From Fimbriosthenelais zetlandica (lineage: Eukaryota): a stretch of 64,000 bases of DNA. Positions 49,149-63,200 of this stretch are shown here, piece by piece. Position numbers and translations under genes: made by a program. Each line of letters begins with the position of its first letter. Position 1 is the first letter of the stretch. Under the pieces are notes generated by a model. The model had not been told where the DNA came from and searched no databases. It worked only from the letters and a program-made list of their open reading frames with translations. The stretch covers positions 21,390,001 through 21,454,000 of the forward strand of contig OZ365114.1 in assembly GCA_977030845.1 (NCBI GenBank), written 5' to 3'.

Positions 49149-52100
49149 ATCACTGCATCGTGTGACGAAGCAGTGCCAAGTTAATCCTTCCCCCCATCCT
49201 CTAAACGCCAGCAGAAATATTCACATAATAATCTAATCTCCATCAGCCTCCCTATGCCTTCCCACCATACTCTGAGATGCCTGACAATTAATAGTTAGAG
49301 ACCACTACTGGGCTGTGTGATACTTTCAACATCAGGGCTATACCGATTTTTTTCTAACATTCGCCACTTGCCCCATTTTCCAATGATCCTTTTAAAGTCA
49401 AATTCTTTTTTTTAAATCACTCGGAAATTCAAGTACAACTCTTGGTATTAAAGGAACTGTCAATTAATATCAATCTTGTCTGCCAATGATTGCTCCGTCC
49501 AGATGATATCATGCCCTCAACCCATATTAAAAAAGATCATAATAATATTAAGATTACTTCAACGACTGAATCGATAGAAAAAAAGCCTCAAAGGGGGATG
49601 GATTTTTTTCTGACGTTTTTAGACACTAATCGAATAAGCTTATGTCTCTGGGTCAGGGAGAGAATTGCTTGTCAGAGGGAGCATTTTATAGTGACTGGAG
49701 GAGGGGCTGTGGTAAGAGGAGGAGATGGTTTTGTCGTTTCTCTGTAATAGTATTAGGCTCCTCTATCTAGAAGCAATGACAGTTTTAGTGATCACTAGGT
49801 TTGATCCACCCATATCATGAGACGACCGAACTGGCTATGGGCAAGGAAACAAGACCTTGGGTTTTGCTACAGTATTTCCTTCATAAATAGCTATATTTCT
49901 GTCTGTATTCATAATGATTTAGTCCAACCATTATGACTCTTGTTCATCCAGCCTTTTTTTAATAATAAACTATTTTAATCGGTGTCAATCTGACTTGGTT
50001 GGGTGTGTTGTAAGGAAATACTAGACCACCTCGTGTGATGAACAGAGATGAGGAATGAACACATTTGTACAGGCACACCCATCTTACTTTGTCTCTGTAT
50101 CAAATTACGTAACTCTACCCCTCAAAGTCTTTGACCTTCGCTTAGCTTTGGTTTCATTTAGTGGATAAAATGTTTTACCCCTGCCTAGAGCACCCCTAAC
50201 CTTTCACCCTCCCTATCCTTTCAATTATACCCCAAACCTGTCTTGTCACACGAGTGATGCATCAAGCCAAGTCCCTTAGGCCTGCCGCCTAAATAATTTA
50301 ATATTTAATATCTATTACTTAAGCGATTGTGCTGCCAATTAATTCTCTATAGCGGCCGTCCAGGCTTATCAGGCCTGAGCGTAAATGAAGTCACTTTAGG
50401 AAATGAATGTGAACAGTTGGGACAAAGGCAGCTGCATGGGGTGTGGGGGATGATGTGGAGGGTGGGGTGGGGGTGTCCTCTCGTCCCATAAGGGCCAGTC
50501 CATATTTCATCATAACCATGAAATGCAGGTCACTGCTATTCACCTTTTCATATATTCAATTTTCTAACTTGCGATTGGAAAGTGAGGAGATGGGCCCTTT
50601 TCAGATTGTCTCAATCCTTTACATTCGCATACTTCGGAGTTGTATATTATTATAATATGATACATCTTTTGATTCTATGTCCTTTACAGATTGTTTAGCT
50701 CTGAAATTTCATGGGATGGTATCAATCAAAGTGGACTAATCCCCCTGCTCATCAAGTCTGAATTGTCCTGCATGTACCTTCTCAATAATCACAGCTCTGT
50801 GTCTATCTGTCAGTAGAGTGTGGAAGGACAAGTCTAAAGGGGGTAAGACTTGTCACCCAGAGCCCCATGAGTGACATCCCACCACGTGTCCCCAGCCTCT
50901 CCAGGCTCGCCTGCTGCACGCCACTCATCATTATGTCGATAAGGTGGCCCTAGGTCAGCGCTTCACTCAGCTGCCGCCCGCCTGGGGGAGCTATGATGAG
51001 ATCCCAGCGAGAAACACGTGACATTGTGGCTGCTTCAAACCTGGGTATACTATAGCCAGGTTTAGATATCCACCACTGTTGTTATTACAAGAATATGGAC
51101 GATATTACATGATAACTAAATGACTTCAATAACCATAATTTAAGGTTGAAATTTGTATACCATGTAGGCGAACACCTTATATCAGATCCAAGTATGACTA
51201 TCATTCTAGAATACAATAATGAAAGATTAGTTGAAAGGACAGTTCATATAAGGCTTGCTTTGAACACCCCTATATCCAATATATGGGTACGAGTAGTACA
51301 TGGACAAGCCAGCAAATGGCGTCACTTTCCATATACTACGTTTGCTGGACAAATCCAATATGGCATCTATGATGATCTGCTCAAACGTTAAAGAAGTTCT
51401 GTGGGGCTCATCGGAAAGATGGTTAAATTAAAAGTACGTTTATGATTATTATGTTCACCTGGACAACGTTCAAAGTGTTTAAAGTACATAAATGGGTTAT
51501 CTAGCCATTCCTTCTACAGTTTCCAGTTTCCCTATACTACTTGCATGACCAGTCCTATATTGTTCATAGTTAGGAACCGTCTATAGCTTCATTTTTTGTC
51601 CATTTCTTTAAAGGAAAATAAATCAATTTTATCATACATATAAGGAACTACGAATTCCCTTATTTCTAATTAGATATATGGGAAATTTCACTGGCTAGAG
51701 TGACTTTTGTGAATGGCAGATCTATGGATAACAGAGGAACGCGCAAGCGGGGCAAGAGGGAAGAAGGCGGAACCACAGTCTGATTCATGTCAGTGAGAAG
51801 TGGGCCTGTCAGAACTGAATCACTCGAGGATGAGACAAAAGACCCCTTAATGACAATCGTTTAATCATGAAGCCTCGCCACGAGCATGACTAGTGTCCTA
51901 AACACTAGCTTCTCCACTCACAGCCTGCAGGGATTTGGTGGGGAATGAGGGGAAGGGATGGGGATTGGGGGTGGGTGAGATAGGACGGGGGCTTAGCAGA
52001 GGGGGCCCTGAGAAAGGGGGTATAGGTTGGAGACAGAAATAAAGTAACCTCAAAATGACATTTCGGTGGATATGCGGGGAGATGTGGGGAGGGGGTGGAG

Positions 52101-55100
52101 AATATGGGGGTAACTGGGTTTAATGAAAGTGGGTTAAAACAGGAGATGGGGAGGTGATAGCGAGGGGTGGGGGGAGTGTGCTGGTAGTGGGAAGGGGTGA
52201 GGGATATGGCATGACTACCTCAGGGTTAATCCCCCCAGCGGCATGTCGTAATCCAGCGATAATCTGCCAGCTATTACGGCAGGGTGAAAGTGATCGGTGC
52301 CCTCTTGATGTCATCAATGTGGCATCAGTGTGATTCTGATGCCGTTCTGCCCTCAGGGGTATCGTCCATTGCCATCACTCTCTCCCACTCACTCAGAGCT
52401 GCTCGCACAACCGATTGAGCGACTCACACTCACGCTTTGTTACTCCACTCTGAGGTTACTGTCTCCTGCCAACAGCGCCATATTTCATCTGTGGACCTAA
52501 TTGATAAACCCAGGGTCTTTGGTTCATCAAACTAACGACGGTGGGAGAGGTCATTATGGGCTGGTGATGTATACGCTATATGTACATTAATAACAGTGAT
52601 GATACACTGCCAGAGACCAATGCCTTCTAACCATGCCGCCTAATATCATAATGTGGACATGGTTTTAGACGGATTTTGTCTCAAGCAAAACAACGAGGCA
52701 TTTCATCTAAACGTAAACCCACGTAAAAAACGTCCAAATAGAGGCCCGTGAATTCATTCAGACATTCTGAAGACGTTCATATTTTTGTAGATGGAGTTTG
52801 GCATCGAGTTGTTTTCTCGAAATTAATTTCCATTTCGGAAGGGACTTAACATGTTGAGTCCCCATAAATAGATTATGGGAAGCCAAACGTGGAGTGTTTT
52901 TCAACAGCATTCCAATCTCACTCCAGTGTTTTGCCAACAAGTGTATTCCAGTTAATCTCGTTGCCTTAATACAATAGACTGGAGCATGTTTGGGGTATGA
53001 AGGGAAACCAGCAAAACATCCGCAGGCAAAGGAAAATATTGCCTGAAGGGCAAGAACAACAGGCCTGGCTGAATGGTGGATGGTGGAAGGGGAGGAGGGG
53101 GTAGTTAGAGGGTGGGTCGGGGAGGCTAGGAACAATTGAAGGTGCACATGATTAAAGCATGAGGTGAACCGCTGATATGGAACTAGTTTTGTTTCATTTG
53201 ATGGTATAAACCGCTCATTTCGCGTGTCCCTCATATCGGCCTTAATCTCGTTTGCTTGCTGTGCTTTGGCGAGCTTTTCACTGGTAATCAGTACTTTTCC
53301 CCGCCCACTGCCGTGTTAGCAACCGAAAAACCAGCCAAACTCCTCTACCCCTGGCCAGAAATCTTCTGGGAATCCAGGAAATCCTCCTGGGAGCTTCTGT
53401 GAACAATGGGTGAGCGAGATCACATGTCAGTGTATAGTTGGGATTGGAATGAGGGTAGTGAGCGCCTAGCTATATTAATGTGCGTGCCAATGACCCTTAA
53501 GTGGCTTCGGCATTCCCTCCCCCGTGGTGCTGCAAGGCTATATAGCAGAGGAAAGCTTCGGGTTTGATTGTATGGGTAGGATACATAGGACAAACAAAAG
53601 AACAACTTGGAATGACGATATAAGCCTGGGGTGGAAGCAGGCGCTGGAATCATGCCACGAGTATTTGCAATGCAGTCCAGCCAGCTGCGCTAACACATTA
53701 ATGACAGTTTTATTTCTTTCCAACACAAATTAGACGCTCATTATGAGCAATTAGAGGCAGATATAACACCTCTGATTACCATGGTGGAGCCACTATATTG
53801 GAATGCTGCCATGCAGCAAGTGGAGAATGACTATGCTCACTAGGTCTCAGTATTGTACAAAACCAGTGATTGGAGCGAGCATTATAATTGAATCATGAAA
53901 CATTAAAGTTGATTAACAATGCTAACTGCTCATTTCAAACAATTTAGAAATCGCCAGCCTTTTTAATATCTTGTCTGCCATCAATATCAAACGTCATTTA
54001 CCAAGAAGAGTACAAAACACGACTGAAAATAATGTTGTGAAAAGTCACAAGAATTAAGGAGTATTGTAGTTTTTCAGGTCCTCTTCTTGCATGTCCACCT
54101 CAGCTATTTCCCCCCTCGAGGACTTATATCACTGTTCAGAGTTCACGCAAGTCCGAGTTCATTAGTAATGTACCCCCAATAAATCGTTTCCCTTGAGAAA
54201 CAGTGGAATTACTATAGCTCGGTGGGCTGGGAGGCTGGAGGAAGGCCAGGTACCTTATTGTCCTACACTGCCACCAGGGAATGGCTAAACACCCCTGTAA
54301 GCTAATACACTGATGAGAAATTGTTTTCATGACCTGTATATCCCCCCACTTTCAGCCAAAACCAATACTCCATGGACCAACTGCGTTAATTAGACTCCAA
54401 CATTCAGATTGGCCAACTGATCAATAGTGGGACTTTAGAACAAAGAAGAAAGAACGCATGCCTCCATGATTGTGCCTTTAAGAAAGTTGAAAAAAGTTAC
54501 TAAGTGGTCTGGTTTGAAGGGCTGTGATTGTAGATGAAGATAATGATTAATGATGCACGCTCTATTTGCTTTTATTTTATTATCTTTCTAACGATTATCA
54601 CAGATGAAATATCAAGGAGTATGCACGGGGCAGATCCTAGCAAGCAACGTCATCTAGAGCAGACCGGAAGACGTGAGAGATTGGGATCTGGGAACGAGGC
54701 TGAGAAGCAGACGCAGTCTAGTGAGCGATAAATGGTGAAATGTGGGGTGGTGAGCGATAAAACGGCGAATGTAGGTAAGGGGCGGATGGCTGTGGGCCAA
54801 CACTCGTGTTTGCCGGCTAGTTCCAGCTCAGAACATAATGATTGAACCTTGCGCATGCCCCGCATAGGTGTAATGTGCAATACCTGTCATGTGCGTTGAA
54901 GCGCGCGCCCGTTATTCGCCGCCAGTCAAATTGTCGCCGGGCCGTGATGAATCGCCGGATCCCGTCGCTTGTAGCGCCCTCTTGAGGGCCGGCCATGGAA
55001 TATTTATCATCCCCCGCCCTCCGCCAACCGATCGCTTCCATATGTCACCGATCTGCCTTCCGGTCTTGAAACCGACGCCGATATTTTTTGCTACTTATTG

Positions 55101-56450
55101 CTGCGTCGACGATGTCGCGACCGACGTCTCCCTTCAGAAAATGATTGTTTCTCACAGATCAATCACCTCCGTGGGCCTGGTAGCAGGCATGTTGGGGCAG
55201 GTCGTGCTCGTTTGGGTTGAGATTATTGTATGGGTGAAGTATTGAAATATTGTCAGGTTAGGGCACGATTAACTTCCGACTCTAGAATCGTTCAATATTG
55301 ATCTGTAATATACAGTATCTTAACGCATGGTCGATGCCCGACAAAGGCCAGGTCGTTGATCCCGGAGTGATTGTATAAATGAAACACCACCACCTCTAAC
55401 TACATACTGCATGTTGTGGATGGAATGAAGGTCATAATTAAAGAAGAATGAGTCCATTCAGCCGTCCAACAATCTTATTGTTTATTATGTTCCTGGATTT
55501 TTTTTCACTATAGATCAACATCTCAATATCCTAACTAGAATTCAGGATACGGCAGCAAGATACATGAGCCCAGGATACATTAATGAATTTGACAATATGG
55601 AATTGGAGAATAATGGATTTAGTGTTAATGAAAATTGTTTTAAATTGCAATTCACAAATACCACAGCAATTTAAATTTTTCTTTCATCCATTTGTTCTAA
55701 AAACATGGTTTCTTTAAAAATAGAATTTGAAGCCATTTTTAGAACAGGTACCGATTGCTAAACAAAGGCGAATTTACGAGACACAATCTAACAATCAACA
55801 CCTCCATTTTCAGGCCATTAATTCCGGCATTTTTCATGGAAAGCCTCAATGGCTCAATTAAACAAAAAAAGAAGTTTTTCACAGTCCTATGGAGGGTGTG
55901 AAGCCTAAATATGTTAGATCGTCCGCGAGGGACCCCAACAACCCCATGGGTGGTCAGCTGGGGGTATTGTGTCCAGTCCTTTTAGTCTCCATTGGGACAT
56001 ATGGGACCCCTGGAGTGAGGGCTCCAAACAACCGAGGCCTGGGCCTGGCCAAACCCCCTGGAGTTGTGACTAAATTTGACTCACAGTTGGACGTCCTAGA
56101 GCTTGTTAGTTGCTGGCTTTCAAACTCAGACGGCAGTGTAATAATAAGGGTGCTGGACTGACACCTTGACCTATTTCTAGGAAATCTAATCAGTGTCAAA
56201 CAAGTATATACACAATGTAATACTGGCCTGACCCAATTAAAGTAAGGCAGAACCTGCCTATATTGGTTCATTATGGGCTGGTGGATTTTGGTAATGAACA
56301 ATTTAGTTCATCTGTCAAAAGGTTCTGTTTCTGCTATTCTGTCCATAATGGTTTTTTATCCTAAATATCCTGATATTATAGTCTTTCACCCTCTCGCTAT
56401 ACTCTAAATAGATCTCCATTTAACTCCCTATATTGCACTTGGGGTTACAG

Positions 56451-56549
56451 GGACTATTTTGCGATGCGACATTCAACTTCAATGCAAGTACTGCGACACA
56501 GCTGCAGTTGGAAAGTGCAACGCGACGCGACTGCATGTAAAAATAGTCC
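56451..56549. mobile_element. Possible ~100-bp MITE remnant
   Basis: 10-bp inverted repeats GGACTATTTT / AAAATAGTCC enclose a GCGAC/TGCA-rich interior that differs from the AT-rich flanks. No TSD seen. Confidence 0.3.
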
Positions 56550-57682
56550 ACGTTCAAATGTTGCTTCTCTCCCTTATTTCTTTGTTTGTAAATGTTAATT
56601 CTTTGGCAAGGATTGCTGATTTTGGAGAGGATGTTTCCGAATGTAGGAATTTGATTTTGCTGATTATTGTGCCGAGCATCACAATCTGGGTGGTGAATGA
56701 TTTCCTCCCTGCCTCCCCCATCCCCTTCACTAGGGTACCTCCCTCTATGGCCCTAGAGTAATCACAAGGCCCTTTTCTTTACATTCCATCACCGTTGCTT
56801 CTTCATTTCCCCCATTGTTTGCCTCAGAATGTGATGAAATTAACATGGAATTCATTTACATCACTTCTTCAGGGCTTCCTTCTCCCCCCTCTGCCTCACG
56901 TCCTGGGGGCCCATGCTCTTCCACCAGTATCCCCCCGTGTCAATGTCAGCAAAATGCAACATGATCAGGTGTCTTCTCACGTGTTTGTTGACATGCACCC
57001 ACCATGGGCATGTCCCCATGAAGTGTACACACAGATACAGGCTATAGGTGGGGGCCTGCGGCGGGGGTGATCATGTCATCGTTGCCTGACCCACTTGCCG
57101 CTGGCGTTTTCTTCCATTCTCATCAGCCATAGCAGACATTTTTCTACCATCTATTTGCTGTGTGGAAACCACAGAGGAATTGGTCAAGGAAACGTTTAAT
57201 ATTAATTCACAACCCCCAGATTTACTTCCTCCTGGGTCGGAAATTGAGCTAAATTTAGTGTGGCATAGATATATTGGTCGGAACAATTCATTTCTAATTC
57301 ATCGTTACTGGTCCAATGCTGGCTTAGGCCTACAGTATACGCGGCCAATCAAATGGTCTAGAACTCCGCGAAAAATGAGTCTATGTGACTGATACCATTC
57401 GAATCCTGCAGCTCTGGACTCACATGCCTATTTCAACATTTGAAATGTATCCTAAAACGATAGCATTTCATCATTGGACCATTGAATAAACTTCATTCTC
57501 CTGTTTCAATTAATTGTGCGAGAAGAGCGTCCCATCGAGCAGACGAAAATTTGAACCAACTCAAATCGAGGCGCTCATTGGGGTATATTGAGCATCATGG
57601 GAAGGGTTCTGAGTAGTGACGTCGTGACATGGTGGCGCTGCCATCGATGTTGTTGCTGCTTCTGCTCTTTCTGTTGTTACCT

Positions 57683-57709
<27 letters not shown>
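57683..57709. repeat. (CTG)9 / (CAG)9 microsatellite
   Basis: Nine perfect CTG units, preceded by a degenerate CTG/TTG/CTT tract from ~57650. Confidence 0.95.
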
Positions 57710-57714
<5 letters not shown>

Positions 57715-58401
57715 GGCCAGCTAAGCAGGGAGCGAGGAGAGCAACAATAGGCGCTTGATTCCTATTATAGAAGGGGAGCCCAGTACTGCAGGCTTCAGCC
57801 TGGGCCTACCCAGCTTGGGGAGTAGGAGGAGGAGGGGAAGGAGGGTGGTGCAGCGCCCCCTCTAGCCCCCAGCCCCCAGTAATGGGGCTGGGTTTTGTGT
57901 CTTTATTATGTCCACCCAGATAGGCGTCTTTCAGAGCGCTCTCCCAACCCGGCCTCTCTATAGGCGTGAGTGTGCGCCAGCGCTGAAAAGCATATAATAG
58001 AATATTATGGCAAATAGCGCGCCCGCCATTCAATTCCCCCACTGTTCCTATTTAACCGCTTGCCAATGCTTACATCTGCGACGCTGCATTTGCATGAAAA
58101 CCTTTATTATTCTTCGTCAATTTGACTCGATGTGCTCATATAATGTTTTTCTGTGGCGCTCGCCGGTCGCATAATGGTAGACTTTGAGTCCGCATTAGTT
58201 CCTTTTAACGAAATCTATTCTTTGGCCCCAGTGAAAGGAGACTGAGAGAGAGGAGAGAGAGTAAGAGGGGGTAGCGATCGAACCAGAGTCCGCCTTGGTA
58301 TTGTCAGAGAAATCGCCGGCCAGTGCAGACGTTCCTCTTTTGCTCCTGCCTGTGTCATTCCTTTACTATTCCTAGAAATATCTCACTGGATTCCAAGGTT
58401 A

Positions 58402-58412
58402 AAGATGGCGGC
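58402..58412 (+). promoter_or_regulatory. YY1 consensus overlapping an ATG
   Basis: AAGATGGCGGC in a GC-rich patch. A second YY1-type AAAATGGCGG lies at 60030-60039. Confidence 0.3.
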
Positions 58413-60172
58413 GCGCTGGAGGTGGAGGAGGAGGAGGTGGCGTGAGGTAGGAGCAATGTATGGGTGGAGGAGGTGGTGCTGGCAGAATAAGCCGCTGGTG
58501 GGGAGGCCGGATGATGGAGGTAAAACCTGACGGGAGCTGGGGCCACCCTAGCCGGTAGGATGAAGACAAACCGGACGTTCTTACCCCCCAGACCAGCAGG
58601 GTTATACCAGGGGCAATGACCGCTCTCCAGGCCGGACCGAGACCGGGACGGGAGGAGGAAGAAGAGGGGCAAGAGGCGGACGACCGTGGAGGAAGAAAAC
58701 CCAGGAGGTGGAGGAATTAAACGGACGCGACAAACGAAAAGAAAGGTCGCGCTGACCTTTGTTAATGTCCCTGTACTTCAAGGTCATACATACATAATTC
58801 CAGAGAATAGTAGGTATTGATATCATTATTAACCCCTACCCAAATCTTCCCATTCTCGTAATTATATAACTTTGCATCAAAGGTCATCAGTAAGTGAGTT
58901 TGAAAGAAACTTGAAAAAAGTTTGCTTTTAAATGTTCCGTACTGAAGAACGCATTTTGCGACACGATTGTGTTCACTGGTGTTGGTACCTCGACTCTCGC
59001 GCGAACAATTAGGTAACTATCGCTTCATTACATGTAACCTGTCCTCTCCACTGCTACACTTACAACAATAACGATCGTAAAATGCAGCAAATTTACATTT
59101 TAACAAATCTATTGGAACCAAACCAAAGCAGGTGCAAAAACTAAAGCCGATCATTATTTGCTCCTATTTTTTATATTCCAAGGGGGGGAAAACATCTTTT
59201 TCAATGAGAGAGGTGGGGCATCAATACTCGTTATTTGTTTCTAGCTAGCCCATGACGACCTGTGTTTAATATAGACCATTTCACATAATACCCTCATCAT
59301 ATTACAACTAAATACACACACAGTGTCATCTCCCTCTTTTTACTCCAGCAGACTCATCATATTTGGGGATACATTGATGAAATATGAACTAATCCATTTG
59401 GCAATCTACAGCCTGTGGGAATAGACCTTTTTCAATGTGGTCTATATGTCTGATGACCTAGATATAGCCCTAAACCTCTCCCTGCCCCTCTCTCTAACCC
59501 CATCTGTCTGACTCGGGAGTCTGACCATTGATTTTTCGATCGTTTTCTCACACCAAAGTGGTCTAAATGCTATATTTTTGCTGAGTCATGATTGGCCGTC
59601 AGGGGTAATGGTCTAGTCGCTAAAAGTGACTTCCTGCACTCACGTGTCCCCATCAGTAGTATCCTATATCTGATTGCCTAAACCAATTAGACCATAAAAT
59701 GTATAGACCCTACACCAATTCTACTTACATATTGAAAAATGTAAGAGGAGGTCAGACAAATCAGTTTTGCTTTTAGCGAGAATTAATTCAGTGAGCGGGA
59801 ATAACGGGACATGGTCCTCGAATATTCATCCTATTTTCTAGGGAGAAAGTTCCTTTCGCTGCTTTTAGAGAAAGAATCCAGCTCCTTAATTCTCCATCAC
59901 AGTCCCCTTCCAAGCCATCCTGCTTACTTAAAAAACAACATTAAGACATCTCCTAATGCATCTGTGTCGATCCTAAATTGTTTGCCGGTCGGTCAGCAAT
60001 TTACCTGATTCGGGACCGTAGGCTGTCAAAAAATGGCGGGCGGAAATTTAGAGCGACGTGGGGCCTAATGGTTGTAAATGCATGGTGCACGAGGGCCTGG
60101 GAGCTAGAATTGCCGGGGCTTGAAAGGCCTTAGTTAAGCCCTCGGTTCCCAAAACCTTGAACTCCAACGGGG

Positions 60173-60208
60173 CCAGCTAGCCAGCCAGTCAGTCAGCTAG
60201 CCAGTCAG
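60173..60208. repeat. Degenerate tetranucleotide repeat (YYAG)9
   Basis: CCAG CTAG CCAG CCAG TCAG TCAG CTAG CCAG TCAG. Confidence 0.8.
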
Positions 60209-63200
60209 TCGGTCCCCTTCTCTGTTATCAAGCCCTGCGCTTTAGTCCAATTATGGAAAAAGGAGAGTGGAAAACGCCGAACGCGTCTCGTGAGACCTGT
60301 CTGCACGTTTGAAAACCTAGATTTAGGTTGATGTATGGCTACCTTTACTAATAATATAGATGTGGGCATGCAGGGTTCATGTATATTGCAATATACAGGC
60401 TTGGGGCTATGGGGTTTCTCTGATTGAAACACCCCCTCTATCTGTTAGCCTAAATAACATCTGATTTTCTGATTTCGTTTGGGGTATTTTATAACATAAT
60501 TCAGTCACCAACATTGTTTAAAGGGGTCCATATCATTGGGAAACACTACAACAGTACTCTCACTATTTTGTACCTTGAAACAAAAATGCCACTATATACC
60601 AGGTACCTTTAAAATGCTGTTCGAGTAGGTCGATCAAGCGATAAACTTTCAATGATCAATTGCATATCTAGACAAGATTTTGGGATACTTTGACAAAAAA
60701 CCCTTGTGTTCTAACTACCTGGACCGTCTGCCACATCCCAGATAAAATAACTGAGCATAAAAGGGTGTTTTTAAAAGTGGCAATTTTCATGACAAAACAG
60801 AGAGTCGGGCTGAGGAAAATATTGTGGGCTTTGATCTGTGGGAAATTGTTGAGAGGTATAATTGGGTATGCTTGTCAAGCACTTATGAATAAGATATAGG
60901 TATTGACGTATGATTTGTAAATTCAAGAAGACTGATCCAATTTCAGACAGGCCATGGCTGACCGAAATAAGCACATCTAGCAATTAGAGAGTTTGTATAA
61001 AAGACAGATATTGGAGTCTCGTAAATCTTACATTAATGATTTATAAAGCTTAGAATATAAAAATAATATTTTGTAGACTTGAGAAAGCGTGCATTCAATG
61101 GTGAGCGAGGGTGAGAGAGAAGAGAGAGAGAAGTACTGTTGGAGGCTACACGGCTGGACAAGTTGTACCATACGGTTGTGCATGGTGAATAATCACCGAC
61201 GATAATTCTAACTCTGTGGGAACTAGACACCCGATACAGGGGACACCCAATACTAGACAGACACCATGTAGGTTGGTGCAAATATAGATAGCCTGCCTGA
61301 TAGGTGGAGAGAAGATTACTAGTCGGATGAAAGACAGTTAGTCGGGATAATTAGCGGGGTGGTGGGTCGGAGCTTCACTGGTGAACAGTATAAAGTTACA
61401 CTTTATTGTCCTTCATTCATAGAGCAACATGCTCCCGGACCTCTAAACATCAAGTATTGCCTTCCACTAAACCAGCCCAATGAAGCAGCCAGTCAGATTT
61501 ATCTCCCTCCAACCATCCTACACTCAAATGTGTGCCGAATTCTCCTTCGTTTATGATACTATAAAAATTGCCACCCATTCCCATTCTTTATTTAAAATCT
61601 TATGGTGTAAAACAGCCAATATATGAGAGAAAGAAATGAAAGTGAATTAACAAAGTGTAAGAATACATTCAAAAACTTCAGAGGACAGGCTATAAATTAA
61701 TTTCGGTCCCTAGCTAAATGAAGTTGTCCTCATCGTGACTAATTATTTTAATTCCATCCTTTTGACATTAATTGGTGTATAAAATATGTGATATACGAGG
61801 TTAGCTCTTCTCCATTTCACTTTTGATGAGATTTTTTTCCACCAATTAAGAGGTATTTTCCTACAAATATATTTCAAAAATGGACGTAGCTACGACAAGA
61901 CCAGCATTGAATTCAAAGCCAACGCCTTTCGAAGAATCAAATAAATAATGGTCTAGTGGAGAAAAAAGATTGATAGTCTCCTTAAAATATGCGAAAATTA
62001 TATAATTAAATCTGGGAGCTTTTCCAGATTAATGAAAAAATGCACTGAAAATATGGATTGGAGAGGGGGAGAAAAATTATTAAAGGTCCTTCATTCGGCA
62101 TCTAGGGACATTATGGGGAGTGGGACAACAACTGGCCGTACATAAATTAAATCGATTGCACTTTAGATGAGAGGCCTAACCAATCAGGGAGAGTGATGGG
62201 TGCCCGGACGCTGGTGTCCTCTCGGCGAGCAGGACTCATTTAGTGCCGGCCCATCAAATGGGAAACAATTATCAAGGCCAACACCTGCCCAGCATCCGAG
62301 GTGTCAGCCTGCCTGTCAGCAGCAAAGGCCAGACTGACTTTCATGTGTCCCCCTGTGTTAAAGGCTAATAGCGATTGGATCACAAGGACACGGTGTCAAT
62401 ATTTGTGGCAAAACCCCCCAGTGCAAAGGTGTGGAATAAAGTCAATGACTATGATTTTAGTCACCAGTTGTTGCTATTTTTCATTAATTGGAAAAAAAGG
62501 AAAGAAATTGCCGTTGTGGTGTTGGGAGACATTGGTGGTCCACTTTTATAAGTGGAGGCGGATGAAGGTGGATATTTTAAGTACACTTTGTACATCTGTC
62601 CGAAGTATTGGGGAATGAGTCATAAGCCACGAGGAAAGATGAAGTGGTTGTAGGAAATTGCTCTATTCTCTTTTTAATCAGTGCTGGTAAATCTTATTTC
62701 CTCCAAAGGTTTTCAACAGCAGCTGATGTTTTAATTGGAACTCCCCTTTATTAAAATAAGCTAACTTTAGAACTTGTCGTACATAAATATAGATGCTTCT
62801 TAAAGAAGTTGGTCAACATAGTTCTTACTTTAATTGTTCGAGCAAAAACAGACGTGGTGCTTGAAATGGTTAAATACCAACAATCTGATTCCCTGCCATT
62901 GTTATTTACCACCCACTGATGCTCGATAGATGTGCCATGAAATAAATACCATTTAAATAGCCCTGCAGAGAATATGGAAACCCAAGCAAAGCAGACTGGC
63001 CTTTGCTGCTTGAATGGTTATGCAGACAAGCAAGCAAGCAAACCTTAAATTGCCAATGTTGGATGAAAACAAGGGGGTGTGGGAAGCAGAAGGGGGTAAA
63101 ATCTTTCCCCTTCCTCGCTAGCTGCATGAGCCTGAGTGGCGAGGTGCATGGGTTGTGTGCTACTGCTGCTGATCGGGTTCAGGATGGCGTGAAATCTCTC

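Noticed and set aside
52781-52815. VDGVWHRV as a laminin-G motif
   Set aside because: Only a four-residue match, in a short frame closed by a stop.
57541-57615. RRKFEPTQIEALIG...EHHGKG as a telobox Myb helix
   Set aside because: It needs a frameshift in a G run and hits stops where the conserved Trp should be.
60518-60612. TTAAAGG...CCTTTAA as a Kolobok-type MITE
   Set aside because: Only 7 bp match, including the presumed TTAA target, which is chance level.
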